A program made the position numbers and the translations under genes. A stretch of 63,738 nt of DNA, filler included, from Octopus bimaculoides (Eukaryota), in NCBI RefSeq assembly GCF_001194135.2. It is 4 parts of 4 records of this genome, joined end to end, with 100 filler letters (N's around TTAATTAATTAA, not from the genome) between each part and the next. Parts side by side here need not be neighbours in the genome. Positions count along the whole stretch, not along the records: positions 46,033 to 61,532 come from NC_068981.1; positions 61,633 to 63,738 come from NC_068985.1; 2 more parts are not named here. One strand, written 5' to 3'. Below, one piece after another: positions 52,758 to 63,738 of this stretch; the stretch's first letter is position 1, and every line of letters begins with the position of its first letter. Below the pieces are notes generated by a model. That model was not told the DNA's origin and made no database searches. It saw only the letters and a program-made list of their open reading frames with translations.

Positions 52758-53140
52758 CCTTTCTACTACAGGCTCAAGGCTTGGATTTTCTTGGGAGGGG
52801 GGCAGTCAATTCCATTGATGAAAGGCAAAATTGACCTCGGTGGAATTTGAACTCAGAATGTAGCTACATATGAAATACAATAATATTAATAATAATGATG
52901 GTGATGATGATGATGACGACGACGACGATGATGATAATTGTTTCAAGTTTTAGCACAAGCTAAGTAATTTTGAGGGGAGGGGTAAGTTGATTACATCAAT
53001 CCCAGTGCTCAGTAGACGTCTATATTACTCACCCCAAAAGAATGAATGGCAAAGTTGACCTCAGCAATATTGCACTTAGAACATAAAGCCAGAAGAAATG
53101 CTGTAATGCATTCTGTCTGGCATGATAACAATTCTGTTAT
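52757..53140 (-). mobile_element. Two SINE family A fragments
   Basis: cctttctactacaggctcaaggc.. and tttcaagttttagcacaag..ggcaaagttgacctcagc.. Confidence 0.7.
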
Positions 53141-53234
53141 CTCACCACTTAATAATGATGATGATGATAATTGCAATAATAATAATAATACATCTTACGT
53201 AAAAGACACATCCTATGTAAAGCACATATTCTAA

Positions 53235-53347
53235 TTAAAACACTTTCAATACAGTGAAAATAAGAGCACCACAGCCACAACACATACCCAAGGTACACAG
53301 AGCTGCACTCAGTAGCACAGTGAAAGCACATAATAAAAATAACACTA

Positions 53348-53429
<82 letters not shown>

Positions 53430-53690
53430 TACTATTCTGTCTTAAAGAATGCATTCTCAAGTGTTGCAAGAGAGAAGTTATCAAGGTCATGATCCTATTA
53501 ATCATCATTGAAGCCTTCAGAAGAGCAATAAAGAATTTGAAAACAAACCTTGGAAAATGTTTTCTTAATCTGGGAGTAGGTGCAATGCAAAATAAAAACA
53601 TGTTTACATGTTTATTAGGTGCAGCAAGAATTATTGGGGAGGTTCTTCATACAAAGTAAGAAGAATATGAAGAGCTGAAAAAAACTTTTA
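53235..53690 (+). mobile_element. Two further R4-like 3' ends separated by (TAA)n
   Basis: 53235-53350 matches the 3'UTR of 12613-12900. 53425-53690 gives CLLGAARIIGEVLHTK*. Confidence 0.65.
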
Positions 53691-53702
53691 TATAATATGT
53701 AC

Positions 53703-54111
53703 AGGCGTAGGAGTGGCTGTGTGGTAAGTAGCTTGCTTACCAACCACATGGTTCCGGGTTCAGTCCCACTGCGTGGCACCTTGGGCAAGTGTCTTCTGCT
53801 ATAGCCTCAGGCCGACCAAAGCCTTGTGAGTGGATTTGGTAGACGGAAACTGAAAGAAGCCCGTCATATATATGTATATATATGTATATGTATGTGTGTA
53901 TGTGTTTGTGTGTCTGTGTTTGTCCCCCCAACATCGCTTGACAACCGATGCTGGTGTGCTTACGTCCCTGTAACTTAGCGGTTCAGCAAAAGAGACCGAT
54001 AGAATAAGTACTAGGCTTCCAAAGAATAAGTCCTGGGGTCGATTTGCTCGACTAAAAGGCGGTGCTCCAGCATGGCCACAGTCAAAATACTGAAACAAGT
54101 AAAAAGAGTAA
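53703..54111 (+). mobile_element. SINE family B, full length
   Basis: A-box TGGCTGTGTGG, B-box GGTTCAGTCCC, internal (TA/TG)n spacer, 3' module ending aaaagagtaa. Confidence 0.9.
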
Positions 54112-54547
54112 AATGTTCTTCATCCAGGCCATGAATAATGAGCAACAACGATAACTACAACAGATTGTAATAACAACCTCAAGTAATATATTCACACTGC
54201 AACAGGAAGCAAATGTTCCTATCATCATCATCATCATCATCATCATTGCATTCATTGTCGTCATCATCATCATCATCATCATCATTGCATTCATTGTCGT
54301 CATCATCATTATCATCAACGTCATTTTTAATCTAACATTCACTTTTCCATGCTTGCATGGGTTGGACAGAATTCATTGAGGCAGATTCCCTACAGGTAAT
54401 TGCCCTTACAGTTGCCTCCAAGTAAGTTAATATTTCTCCATGGCTGGACTTGTTTTCATGGAAGTTTGGAAATGAAAGACATCACTTGTATAAAAGTAAA
54501 TTGTTTGCAACTATCACACAATATGAAGACAAGGAAACACTAACACC

Positions 54548-54620
<73 letters not shown>

Positions 54621-54649
54621 TCACTCACACATACATAGATACATATATA

Positions 54650-55130
54650 AAGAAGTGCCAAGCTCTAACTGTAGAGAGAACCCGTGGAAGAGACAGACCC
54701 AGGAAGACATGGGACGAGGTGGTGAAGCACAATTTTTGAATATTGACCAAGACCTTTGGTAATATGCAGTACGTGAGAAGACTTGTCAAGCCAAATGAAA
54801 TCATAATCATGGCCATCGCCAGTTGCATGATCTTCAAACGTTGAGCCTCATGGAGGTGATGACAAGTGACCGAAACCTTTCGCGATATGCTGTGCTTGAG
54901 AAAACTCATCAAGCCAATTGAAATTGTAGTTGTAGTTGTTACCAGTGTCATGTAAATGGCACCCATGGATTCATACTCATGGCCATTGCTGGTGTCATGT
55001 AAAAAGCGCTCTCAGAGTGGCTGAAGTTAGGAAGGGTGTGCAGCCATAGAAACCATGTCTAATCAGACTGGATCTTGGTGCAGCCCTCCGACTTATCAGT
55101 TCCAGTCAAACCATCTCTGTCTTCTACTAT
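54650..55130 (+). mobile_element. RTE-clade LINE 3' end
   Basis: KCQALTVERTRGRDRPRKTWDEVVKH (RTE C-terminal RGRP..TW motif) plus repeated 3'UTR. Related (GAT)n-tailed 3' ends at 55740-55910 (+), 54225-54560 (-) and 57625-57790 (-). Confidence 0.7.
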
Positions 55131-55959
55131 AGCCTGAAGCTGACCAAAACCTTGTGAGTAGATTTGGTAGACAGAAACTGAAAGAAGCCTGTCATGTGTG
55201 TGTGTGTGTGTGTGTGTCATTGTGTCTCCCCAGAACATACAGAGGGCATCATATTTAAATGACATCACTATTTACAAACACTAAATAAGCACCAAAAACA
55301 TTGGTGGTATAAGTCACAAAGTTAGATCTAACACATGGAAGACAAGTAAATATCAAAACACGAAACCTAAACTCTACAACACTTACAGAATACTGACCGA
55401 GAAAACTGATCCAGAACAACAGCAGAAAAATATAAATAACAGGATATATGAAGCAGATATACGAATATAAAATTCTAAAAATGGAAATCATGAATATGAC
55501 ATTCTAAGCATGACAATAATTAAGGAACTAAAAACAATAGATTTCTCTATGGTGCAATGGAAGTGCTTCACAGGGATAAAACTCAACAAAGAAATAGCAA
55601 CAACAATAAAAAGTCAATAACATGATCATCAAAATTAAATGAAAACAGAAAAGATCTATAACATAATATCATTAGATTAACTGTGATGATGTATGAATAA
55701 AACCTCAATACTGCTGCCCACTCACTTTAGAGGTCTTGGCCTGTGAGTTACTTGATGAGCTCACTACTGCCAGTACACTCTGTAAAGTGTCTGGTATTAG
55801 GAAGAGCACCCAATCATTGAAATCATGCCAAAGTCCTCTGGTTTACCAGCTCTAGTCAAACTATCCAACCCATGCCAGCATGAAAAACAGACATTAAATG
55901 ATGATGATGATACAAAGTAAAGTGAATAACACCAGAAAATTAACAAAACCCAAACAAAC

Positions 55960-56740
55960 AACATCGAAACTAAAATTACAGAAAAATAGAGAAAATATGA
56001 GTGATGATCTCTTAATATTTAATGAATAGAATAGCAAAACACATGACTAAGAAAATGGAAGAGAAAAGAGAAACATCTAGAACCATAAACCTTGAAGCAA
56101 GAGACCAATGCTATGCAATGAATCTGTTGAAATGAAAAATATTAATGATTTTTAAAAACAACAAACAGTTCAACTCCAATTCAAAAGTATTTTGTCAAGA
56201 ACTAGAGGAAGAAGAAATAGAAATTAATGCAGCATCAACAAGAGAAGTAGAATTCTGTACCAGAGGAATCGCATAGACAGGGAATTCAAGGTTAATCAAT
56301 TAGTGTTTTTAAATACTACCAAGAGAAGCACCTTCTAATAATACAATTATCAGACCTAACAGACAATAATGTATTTCTGAAATAAATGGTAAAATCTAAA
56401 TCAAATATTAAGATTTGGAAATCAAGTTAACCAGAATGTAGGCACTGAAACAGAAATAATTCCTATTGCGATAAGTGACTTGGAAATGAGTGAAAAATTA
56501 TGCAGACAAATATGTGCTCACCAGCACAGCAAACCCTCAAGATTTACAAATGTACACTACATACAATAGCTCTAAGTATTGCAACCATATTATAAAGAGT
56601 AATGTGTGATATATCAATAGAATAGAAAATATGAATTCACAGTAAAACTTGCACATTGCTGCATTTGGTAACACAATGAAAACAATCAATATAGACAGGT
56701 TTATTGAAAGACATAATAATTTCTAACATAAGGCATCAAA
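55960..56740 (+). mobile_element. Highly decayed R4-like ORF fragment
   Basis: NKQFNSNSKVFCQEL..TREVEF resembles the pre-RT region of the R4-like copies. Confidence 0.45.
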
Positions 56741-56749
56741 GTAACTGAA

Positions 56750-56945
56750 TTGTTAATATGCCAGGCAAAATGCTTAGCAGCATTTCATCTATCTTTACAT
56801 TTTGGGTTCAAATTCTGCTGGGGCCAACTTTGCCTTCCATCTTTTCAGAGTCAACCAAATAAGAACAAGTTGAGCACTGAAGTTAATTTGATTGACTTAC
56901 CCACTCCACCAAAATTATCTGGTGCCAAATTTGAAATCAATAATT
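56750..56945 (+). mobile_element. SINE family A, CpG-decayed
   Basis: gggttcaaattctgctggggccaactttgccttccatcc.. Confidence 0.75.
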
Positions 56946-58060
56946 TCTATAATTTCCTTTCCAACTACATTTTCCTTGATTCAATCCCACTGTACATCAC
57001 CACGAGGATGTTTTTTCTATAGTAATCTTGCACTGACTAAATATTTCTGAGTGAAATTTAATATAAAAAATTTATGAAAAAGTCCAATATATAACAATAT
57101 ATAAGAATATTCCAACACCAACAGAAAGTTTAATTTGATGCTTAATATCTCTGCTTCTTGAGGATAGTCACAGAATTTGGTAGGCTAGCAATGGTCTAGC
57201 TTCTCAATTTCTATTCTGTATTTCATAACGCATTTTTATATATCACACTAATAGCCACAGTGGCTAGCTTTTGTGCTGTTGTTGTTGTTGCTGCTGCTGT
57301 TGTTGTTTAATACCAAGTTACTGACAATATACATCACCTTGAATTAAATTTTTTTTTTCTTTTTAAATATTTACACATAGTACCAACATATATACTACTT
57401 AATCATACTTGCCAACAATATTATAAATGCATTTAATTTTAACAGCAACTATGTACCATATTACATTACAGATGGGTGGTATGATTTATGATATACCAAA
57501 ATGAAGCATTCCCATATTTGTTTTTACTAAGTCAGAAAAGATAAGTTAGGTTTTTATAATTTTTTATGTATAATTGTAATTGTTGAAATTGCAATATAAT
57601 GGTAAATTTTGTAACTGAATCATGTGATCATCATCATCATTTAACAGAGTGTAATGGATGTTTTTACATGCCACCAGCACAGGTGCCAGTTGTGTAACAC
57701 TAGTATCTTCCATGACTACAATTTCACTTGGCATGATGAGTCTTCTCAAGCAAGGCATATTACCGAAGGTCTTGGTCATTTGTCATTGCCTCCATGGGAA
57801 GTCTGATAGGCATGGCTGTGTGGTATGTTTGCTTTCTAGTCACATGATTTTTCAGATTCAATCCCACTAAATGGCACCTTCCACTATAGTCTGGGGGTTG
57901 ACCAAAGCCTTGTAAGTGGATTTCCCAAGGATACAGACTCTGATGTGATTTATCGAAACACGCATAGTGATGTGTTAAATATCTATAAATTACATCCTAG
58001 AATTATTATTGTTATTATATATGTATATATATGCATGTGTGTGTGTGTGTGTGTGAGTGT

Positions 58061-58138
<78 letters not shown>

Positions 58139-59748
58139 ACACACACATACACTTGTCTTCTTATGGATTTTGTTTGCTATAATAGCAGACACTGTCCATG
58201 GCACCACACAATGGAACTGAATCAAAAGCCATGTGTTTGGAATAAAAGCTTCTTAATCACATAGCCATGCCTACACATATACACATTTGCTAATAAAAAT
58301 GTGTGTGCGTGTATACACACACATATACATACATTTATGTATATATCATTTAACCATGGTAGTGGTTGAATAATATTCTTAAGGCTGACATTTATTTATT
58401 CAATCACAGCCTTTTCAAAACTTTGTCACTACCTCATCAACTTTGACTTCAAAAAACTTACTTAATATAAAAGCAATCTATATTTTATTTAATCTCAAAT
58501 GATAAATCAAAACAAGAGGAATCTAAAAATACTAATTTTATGCGTTAAAATTCTGTAGGAAAAAAGATATGAGGTAAAAAGTGAATAAGAAATAAGTGAC
58601 ACTTAATCGATTGATTATGTAAACTATTGATTATGTAATCGATTGATTATATATAAAATATACACAGTTGTCTCCCTTGCAACAGAGTAAGATTTCTCTC
58701 TTTCTCTTTTTTTTTTTTTTGCTGCTATGTCAGTAAAGCCGATTTGGAGACACTTCAAATACTAGAAATAACAGTGTATCCTTGCCAAAAAGTTTTAATT
58801 ATAGAATATATAACCCCCAAAAATTTTCTAATTTTAAAAATCAAAAAAAATTTAGAATAAAAATATCCCCCAAAACGGGGGCATATGCATAATAAAAATA
58901 AATTACAAAAAACAAAAATGCACGAATGGTTTTGAATCAAATAAGTGCATTTCTCTTCTTTTGTTTCTTTTAATAACTGATTAATGGTTGAATACTTAAT
59001 TAAACTCACAATTATAATTCTCATAATTAATTAACATATTAGCTTGAACGACTGTTTGATTGACTAATATATTAATTATTTATATTTTGCATTTAGGTAG
59101 TTTGAATCAATATTTAGCATTTCCAGGACAGCAACTTGTGTTTTTTGACTACTACAATGGATAAAAATTGCAGATTCACCAGTCACCGATTGTTTGTTTG
59201 TTTGTTTGTTTGTTTGTTTGTTTGTTTGATTTTGGCATGATCTAACAAACTAATACTTATTTACAACTTATTTAATATGTTGGCAATCTAACACTGCTTG
59301 AAGTCCAGCATCAGATTGTAAATACGCACCACCTTTCTAGCATAAATCTATTTCTATCAATTTATTCTAATAAATTTCTCTACAAAGGTGGTGGGTGCCC
59401 TGTCATGAAAGCATGGCTCCATGTGCCGTAGGGTGGATGCATTCACTCATTTTGTAATCTTAGTTACAATTTTTGATTTTATCCTGAGCCAGTGCAACTA
59501 AAGTGCTCTTACAATTCATTTTTTATTTATTTAGATTAAAACTTATTTTTATTTTAATTCAATCGTCAAACATGAGAAATAATTGAAAATTATTTAACAG
59601 AAATAACAAATAAAATGAAACAATTTAATCAAGTAAAATTAGTTCAATTGCATTGACTGGAAAAAAAGTGGATTACTATGAAAAATGCAGGCACATGGAG
59701 GTTAATAATCTTAAGTTATTACACCTGGAAAAGTACAGAACAAGCATA

Positions 59749-60007
59749 TAAATAAATAAATGCACCCTTTTAAAGCCTAACCAGGCTCATGGGCCCAGTT
59801 TCCAGGTTTCAATGGCATATGTGTTCCCCAGCTGGACAGGACACCAGTCCATTGCAGCGTTACTCATTTTTGCCAGCTGAGTGGACTGGAGCAATGTGAA
59901 ATGAAGTGTTTTGCTCAAGAACACAACGCGTTGCCCAGTCCAGGAATCGAAACAATCTTACGATCATGATGCTAACACCCTAACCACTAAGCCACGTGCC
60001 TCCACAA
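59749..60007 (-). mobile_element. CORE-like SINE (family D), full length with 12-bp TSD
   Basis: A-box TGGCTTAGTGG, B-box GTTTCGATTCC, CORE-like cttgagcaaaacacttcatttcac, (ATTT)n tail. TSD AGAACAAGCATA at 59737-59748 and 60008-60019. Confidence 0.9.
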
Positions 60008-60545
60008 AGAACAAGCATACTAATATACTAATACCTAAAATATTGTAGCTATAGTTAAAATTTAAAATATATATTTAGATTTAAAAACTAAAAATAATAG
60101 CTTTTATTAGCTACTCTATAATTAAAAAAATTAGCTCAATAAATTTAAGGTTAACTGTTAGCAAAAACTAAAAAAAATTTCAATAGCCCCATTAAAAATG
60201 TTTTTTCAGTTACAAGTTTTTAAATACTCTCATTTCTGTACAGAGTGGGTATATTGAGGGAATTACGTCCCCGAAATTTCATACCATTCGGCGAGAAGAA
60301 TTTTTTATATGTTAAACTACCATCACCACCCCCATCACCCCAAGCAAAAAATTTAATTAGGAAGAGTACACCTCTCTCCAGAAACTATTACTGTACCCAC
60401 CCCTAAGCCTCAACCCTACCATGAAGGTATTAATTGAACTTGCCTCTTTTGAAATTTCCAGACAACCAGTCTTTTGGTGTCTTTATCAATGAATTATAGT
60501 GTGCCAATTTTTATCAAAAACATGAACGAAAATGGAATTTCAACT

Positions 60546-60919
60546 GGCCCAGTGGTTAGAGTAGTGGACTCGCGGTCATAGGATCGCGGTTTCGATTCCC
60601 AGACCGGGCGTTGTGAGTGTTTATTGAGCGAAAACACCTAAAGCCCCACGAGGCTCCGGCAGGAGGTCGTGGCGAACCCGGCTGTACTCTTTCACCACAA
60701 CTTTCTCTCACTCTTACTTCCTGTTCCTGTTGTGCCTGTAATTCAAAGGGTCAGCCTTGTCACACTGTGTCACGCTGAATATCCCCAAGAACTAGGTTAA
60801 GGGTACACGTGTCTGTGGAGTGCTCAGCCACTTGCACGTTAATTTCACGAGCAGGCTGTTCCGTTGATCGGATCAACTGGAACCCTCGACGTCGTAAGTG
60901 ACAGAATGCCAACAACAAC
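60546..60919 (+). mobile_element. SINE family C, full length
   Basis: A-box TGGCCCAGTGG, B-box GTTTCGATTCC, (CAA)n tail. Confidence 0.9.
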
Positions 60920-61222
60920 TACTTAAGAACTTTTAGTAGTTCTTAAAAACTTGCAATCAAAGAAAACATTTTTAATGGGGTTACTGAAATTTTTTTTTAT
61001 CTTTTGCTAACAGTTAGCCTTAAATTTATTATTTGGGTTAATTTTATAATTATAGAATAGCTAATAAAAGCTATTATATTTAGTTTTTAAATCTAAATAT
61101 ATTTTTAAAATTTAACTATAGCTGCAATATTCTAAGTATAAGCTGTCCTGTACTTTTCCAGATTTAATAACTTAAGAATATTAACTGCCATGTGTCCACA
61201 TATTTCATTGTGNNNNNNNNNN

Positions 61223-61265
<43 letters not shown>

Positions 61266-61485
61266 TTTTTTTGATTCTCATTCAAGATAGAAACAATTGT
61301 CAATGTTTCATGTTATAGGTTTGATAATTGTTGCGAGAATTCTCTTGGCATGAAACCAATGATAGCCTTGTTAACCCACAAATAAAAAAATATTTATCTA
61401 TCAATGTTTGGTGAGCACTCATTCTCACTGTTCAGTATTAGAGTATATATATAGATACATACACATGTATGTGTGTGTGTGTGTA

Positions 61486-61532
<47 letters not shown>

Positions 61533-61632
61533 NNNNNNNNNNNNNNNNNNNNNNNNNNNNNNNNNNNNNNNNNNNNTTAATTAATTAANNNNNNNNNNNN
61601 NNNNNNNNNNNNNNNNNNNNNNNNNNNNNNNN
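61533..61632. other. Artificial scaffold linker N44-TTAATTAATTAA-N44
   Basis: Same 100-bp pattern. Confidence 0.95.
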
Positions 61633-61808
61633 ATCGTTCTTTATGTTGTTTGTTTTGTTTTCCATTTGCGTCTTTCGTTGTTCAAAAGAATAGTTCATGT
61701 TCCATGTACTCGTGCTTTGTACTTTTTGTTGTACACGTTTCAAGACATCCTGTGCCCGCATATGCATATATATATATACCTATAGATGGACGACGCATAT
61801 ACATATAC

Positions 61809-61844
<36 letters not shown>

Positions 61845-62244
61845 ATATAATATAAATTGAACATGGACGATCGGTGTATTCTTTCTTATCTTGAGGTTCA
61901 CAGCCAAACGGCTAGATGGATTTACCTGAAAAATGGCACACATGTGGAGACGGGTGCATAGATTGGAATGCAGTTTGTATTTTGTCTTAGACCCCACAGT
62001 TACCGAGAAAATCGATTAAAACATTTTCTAACGGAATTTCCCTCTTTGTTCCGCCATTAAAACAACCAGTTGCTCACACAGCCGGCATATACCATTTCGC
62101 TAGCAATGGTATAATTAAACCAATGTTTTAATGATTAGACAGAGGTCCAATAGAATAGCTCTCAGAAACAGACTACGTACAAATTCGTTCTTCACAACTC
62201 CTGAAGCTATTTTCTGACGAGGGTGGGGTGGGGTGGAGTCAGCA

Positions 62245-62342
62245 AGAGGACACTTGTCCAAGGTGCCACGCAGTGGGACTGAACCCGGAACCGTGTGGTT
62301 CATAAGCAAGCTACTTACCACAGAGCCACTCCTGCGCCTAGG
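62245..62342 (-). mobile_element. SINE family B head
   Basis: Reverse complement taggcgcaggagtggctctgtggtaagtagcttgc..gggttcagtcccactgcgtggcaccttgg. Confidence 0.85.
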
Positions 62343-63075
62343 GCGAGGGCGCTCACTTTAGGGCGGCGGAAAGTCGGAGACACGCCGTCCGTGTAGTGTC
62401 GATCACGGATTGTCCTTGGAAATGTTTTTGTGTTAGTTCCGGAAACGTGTGAGAGTATGAAAGAGAGCTTTTCTGGATCTCACCTGAGATCAGTAGACTG
62501 ATTATGGATTGTTACATCAAGTTCTACATGATCTTTATCTCGAAGAATTATTCAATGTCTTGGGACAAGTTAGAAACAGAGAGTGCAACCAGGTGCAAAA
62601 TATCAATTTTATGATACCGCAACCACCAAATTGAAGATCCGCTCCCCAAACGATACATTTGCGTGAATGGTGTAGCATTGTCAGTATTTTTTTTGAGAAC
62701 ACACCGATGAAAACCCTGCACATACTGGATGAGCTGAGAAGCTCGGTACAGTTGTGTTTCAAAGCAAAGCAACCCAAAAGTATGACCCCTGTAAAAGGAA
62801 ATACGAAAGAAGGGAAGAATTAGATTAAGAGATAAAGCCTACAATAAGAAAGGAAATTATAAAGAGATGGATTACATCATTTCTCTGCCAAAATAAAATT
62901 ACTATCAAATTATGAAAGTAGGTATTGCTTTTACGCTCTTTGCATGACAAAAACTAGAACAATTTTTTGTAGGTCAACAGCGAATGTACAAAACCGATTT
63001 CACGTCCTAGAAGTTACTTCATACGTTGCCATAAAGTTCTCTGTATGTCACAATAAAATATATTTTTTATTCAAG

Positions 63076-63140
63076 ATGAACATGAAGAACCTACACTGAC
63101 CAACCTTAGGAAACTAGTTTATCTGGAATGTGTTATCAAG
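63076..63140 (+). CDS. CYP4: Internal exon of a cytochrome P450, CYP4 clan (J'/K-helix)
   Basis: tattttttattcaag|AT GAA...ATC AAG|gtaaag. 65 bp, phase 1 to phase 0. xEHEEPTLTNLRKLVYLECVIK matches the DLKKLxYLECVIKE(xxR) K-helix of CYP4 enzymes. Confidence 0.8.
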
Positions 63141-63453
63141 GTAAAGAGAAATTTTACGAATAATTATAACATAAAAGAAGTTAAACATATTTGTTATATG
63201 CGATTACCATTTTGTCAAATTAATCAAGTCTTCATCTTTCATTGATAAGCAGTAAAACAAAACATGGAAGTACCGTAATCGATAGCTTTAATGACATATG
63301 GGCATATTAGACGCACCTCAGTCCCAGTAGCGCATATTCAGAAACAAAGGTTTTACTGCATTAAAGCGTACGGGAGTCCCACTACATTTATAGGACCCGT
63401 TTATAGGATCCTTACATACCAGCAAATACAATATTCAATATTTTATTATATTA

Positions 63454-63738
63454 CTAGCAGAAATACCCGGCGTTGCCCGGGTTAAAGAGAATAATGAAAT
63501 CTAAAAACGCCGTCTAGATTACGCATCATCTTTATATATAGAGATGTATATACACACACGCACCCAAACACACGTATATATATGTATATCAATATAAATA
63601 TATGAAAGTCAATGAAGTTTCGTAAAAGAAGGTGATCATGTACATACTTTCTTGCTGTTGTGATTATAACACCTTGTTGTAAACAATGTTCCTTGTTTTC
63701 CCTTGTGGGGCATATACAAATAGGTTTTTTTTGCTGCC
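63454..63738 (-). mobile_element. Helitron 3' end with helicase C-terminus
   Basis: CTAG|T at 63454-63457, perfect hairpin ACCCGG-cgttgc-CCGGGT at 63465-63482, and GSKKNLFVYAPQGKTRNIVYNKVL* at 63664-63738. Continues beyond the window. Confidence 0.88.

Larger units (their letters stand above)
59675..61212. mobile_element. Foldback/MITE-like element with ~270-bp inverted arms and two nested SINEs
   Basis: Left arm 59675-60223 (minus the SINE) is the reverse complement of 60943-61212. The right end abuts a gap. Confidence 0.8.

Noticed and set aside
61845-62105. Possible non-autonomous Helitron-like element
   Set aside because: Terminal CTAG is followed by C, not T, and there is no clear subterminal hairpin.
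62535-62777. Possible gypsy RT/RNaseH remnant
   Set aside because: Only vague resemblance; no diagnostic motif.

Overview
AT-rich, microsatellite-saturated, gap-ridden eukaryotic scaffold sequence. The SINE families and repeat spectrum are most consistent with an octopus (cephalopod) genome; this is an inference from recalled repeat families. Most listed ORFs are artefacts of N-runs and simple repeats. Three 100-bp N44-TTAATTAATTAA-N44 linkers split the window into four pieces whose adjacency is not guaranteed. The only host coding sequence I can support is one 65-bp cytochrome P450 (CYP4-clan, K-helix) exon at 63076-63140. The rest is mobile DNA: R4/Dong-like (TAA)n-associated LINEs stacked head-to-tail, a Neptune-like Penelope element (RT plus GIY-YIG), two Helitrons, a mariner derivative with two 5' ends, a long-TIR foldback element, RTE and APE-LINE remnants, and at least four tRNA-derived SINE families. 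The main unannotated signal is a set of type I hammerhead ribozyme motifs. One canonical motif lies in a ~345-nt, highly structured, partially tandem non-coding repeat (46429-46922) that has three further dispersed relatives, an architecture resembling non-LTR retrozymes (circRNA-generating elements). A second hammerhead family sits in Penelope-type pseudo-LTR-like sequence.
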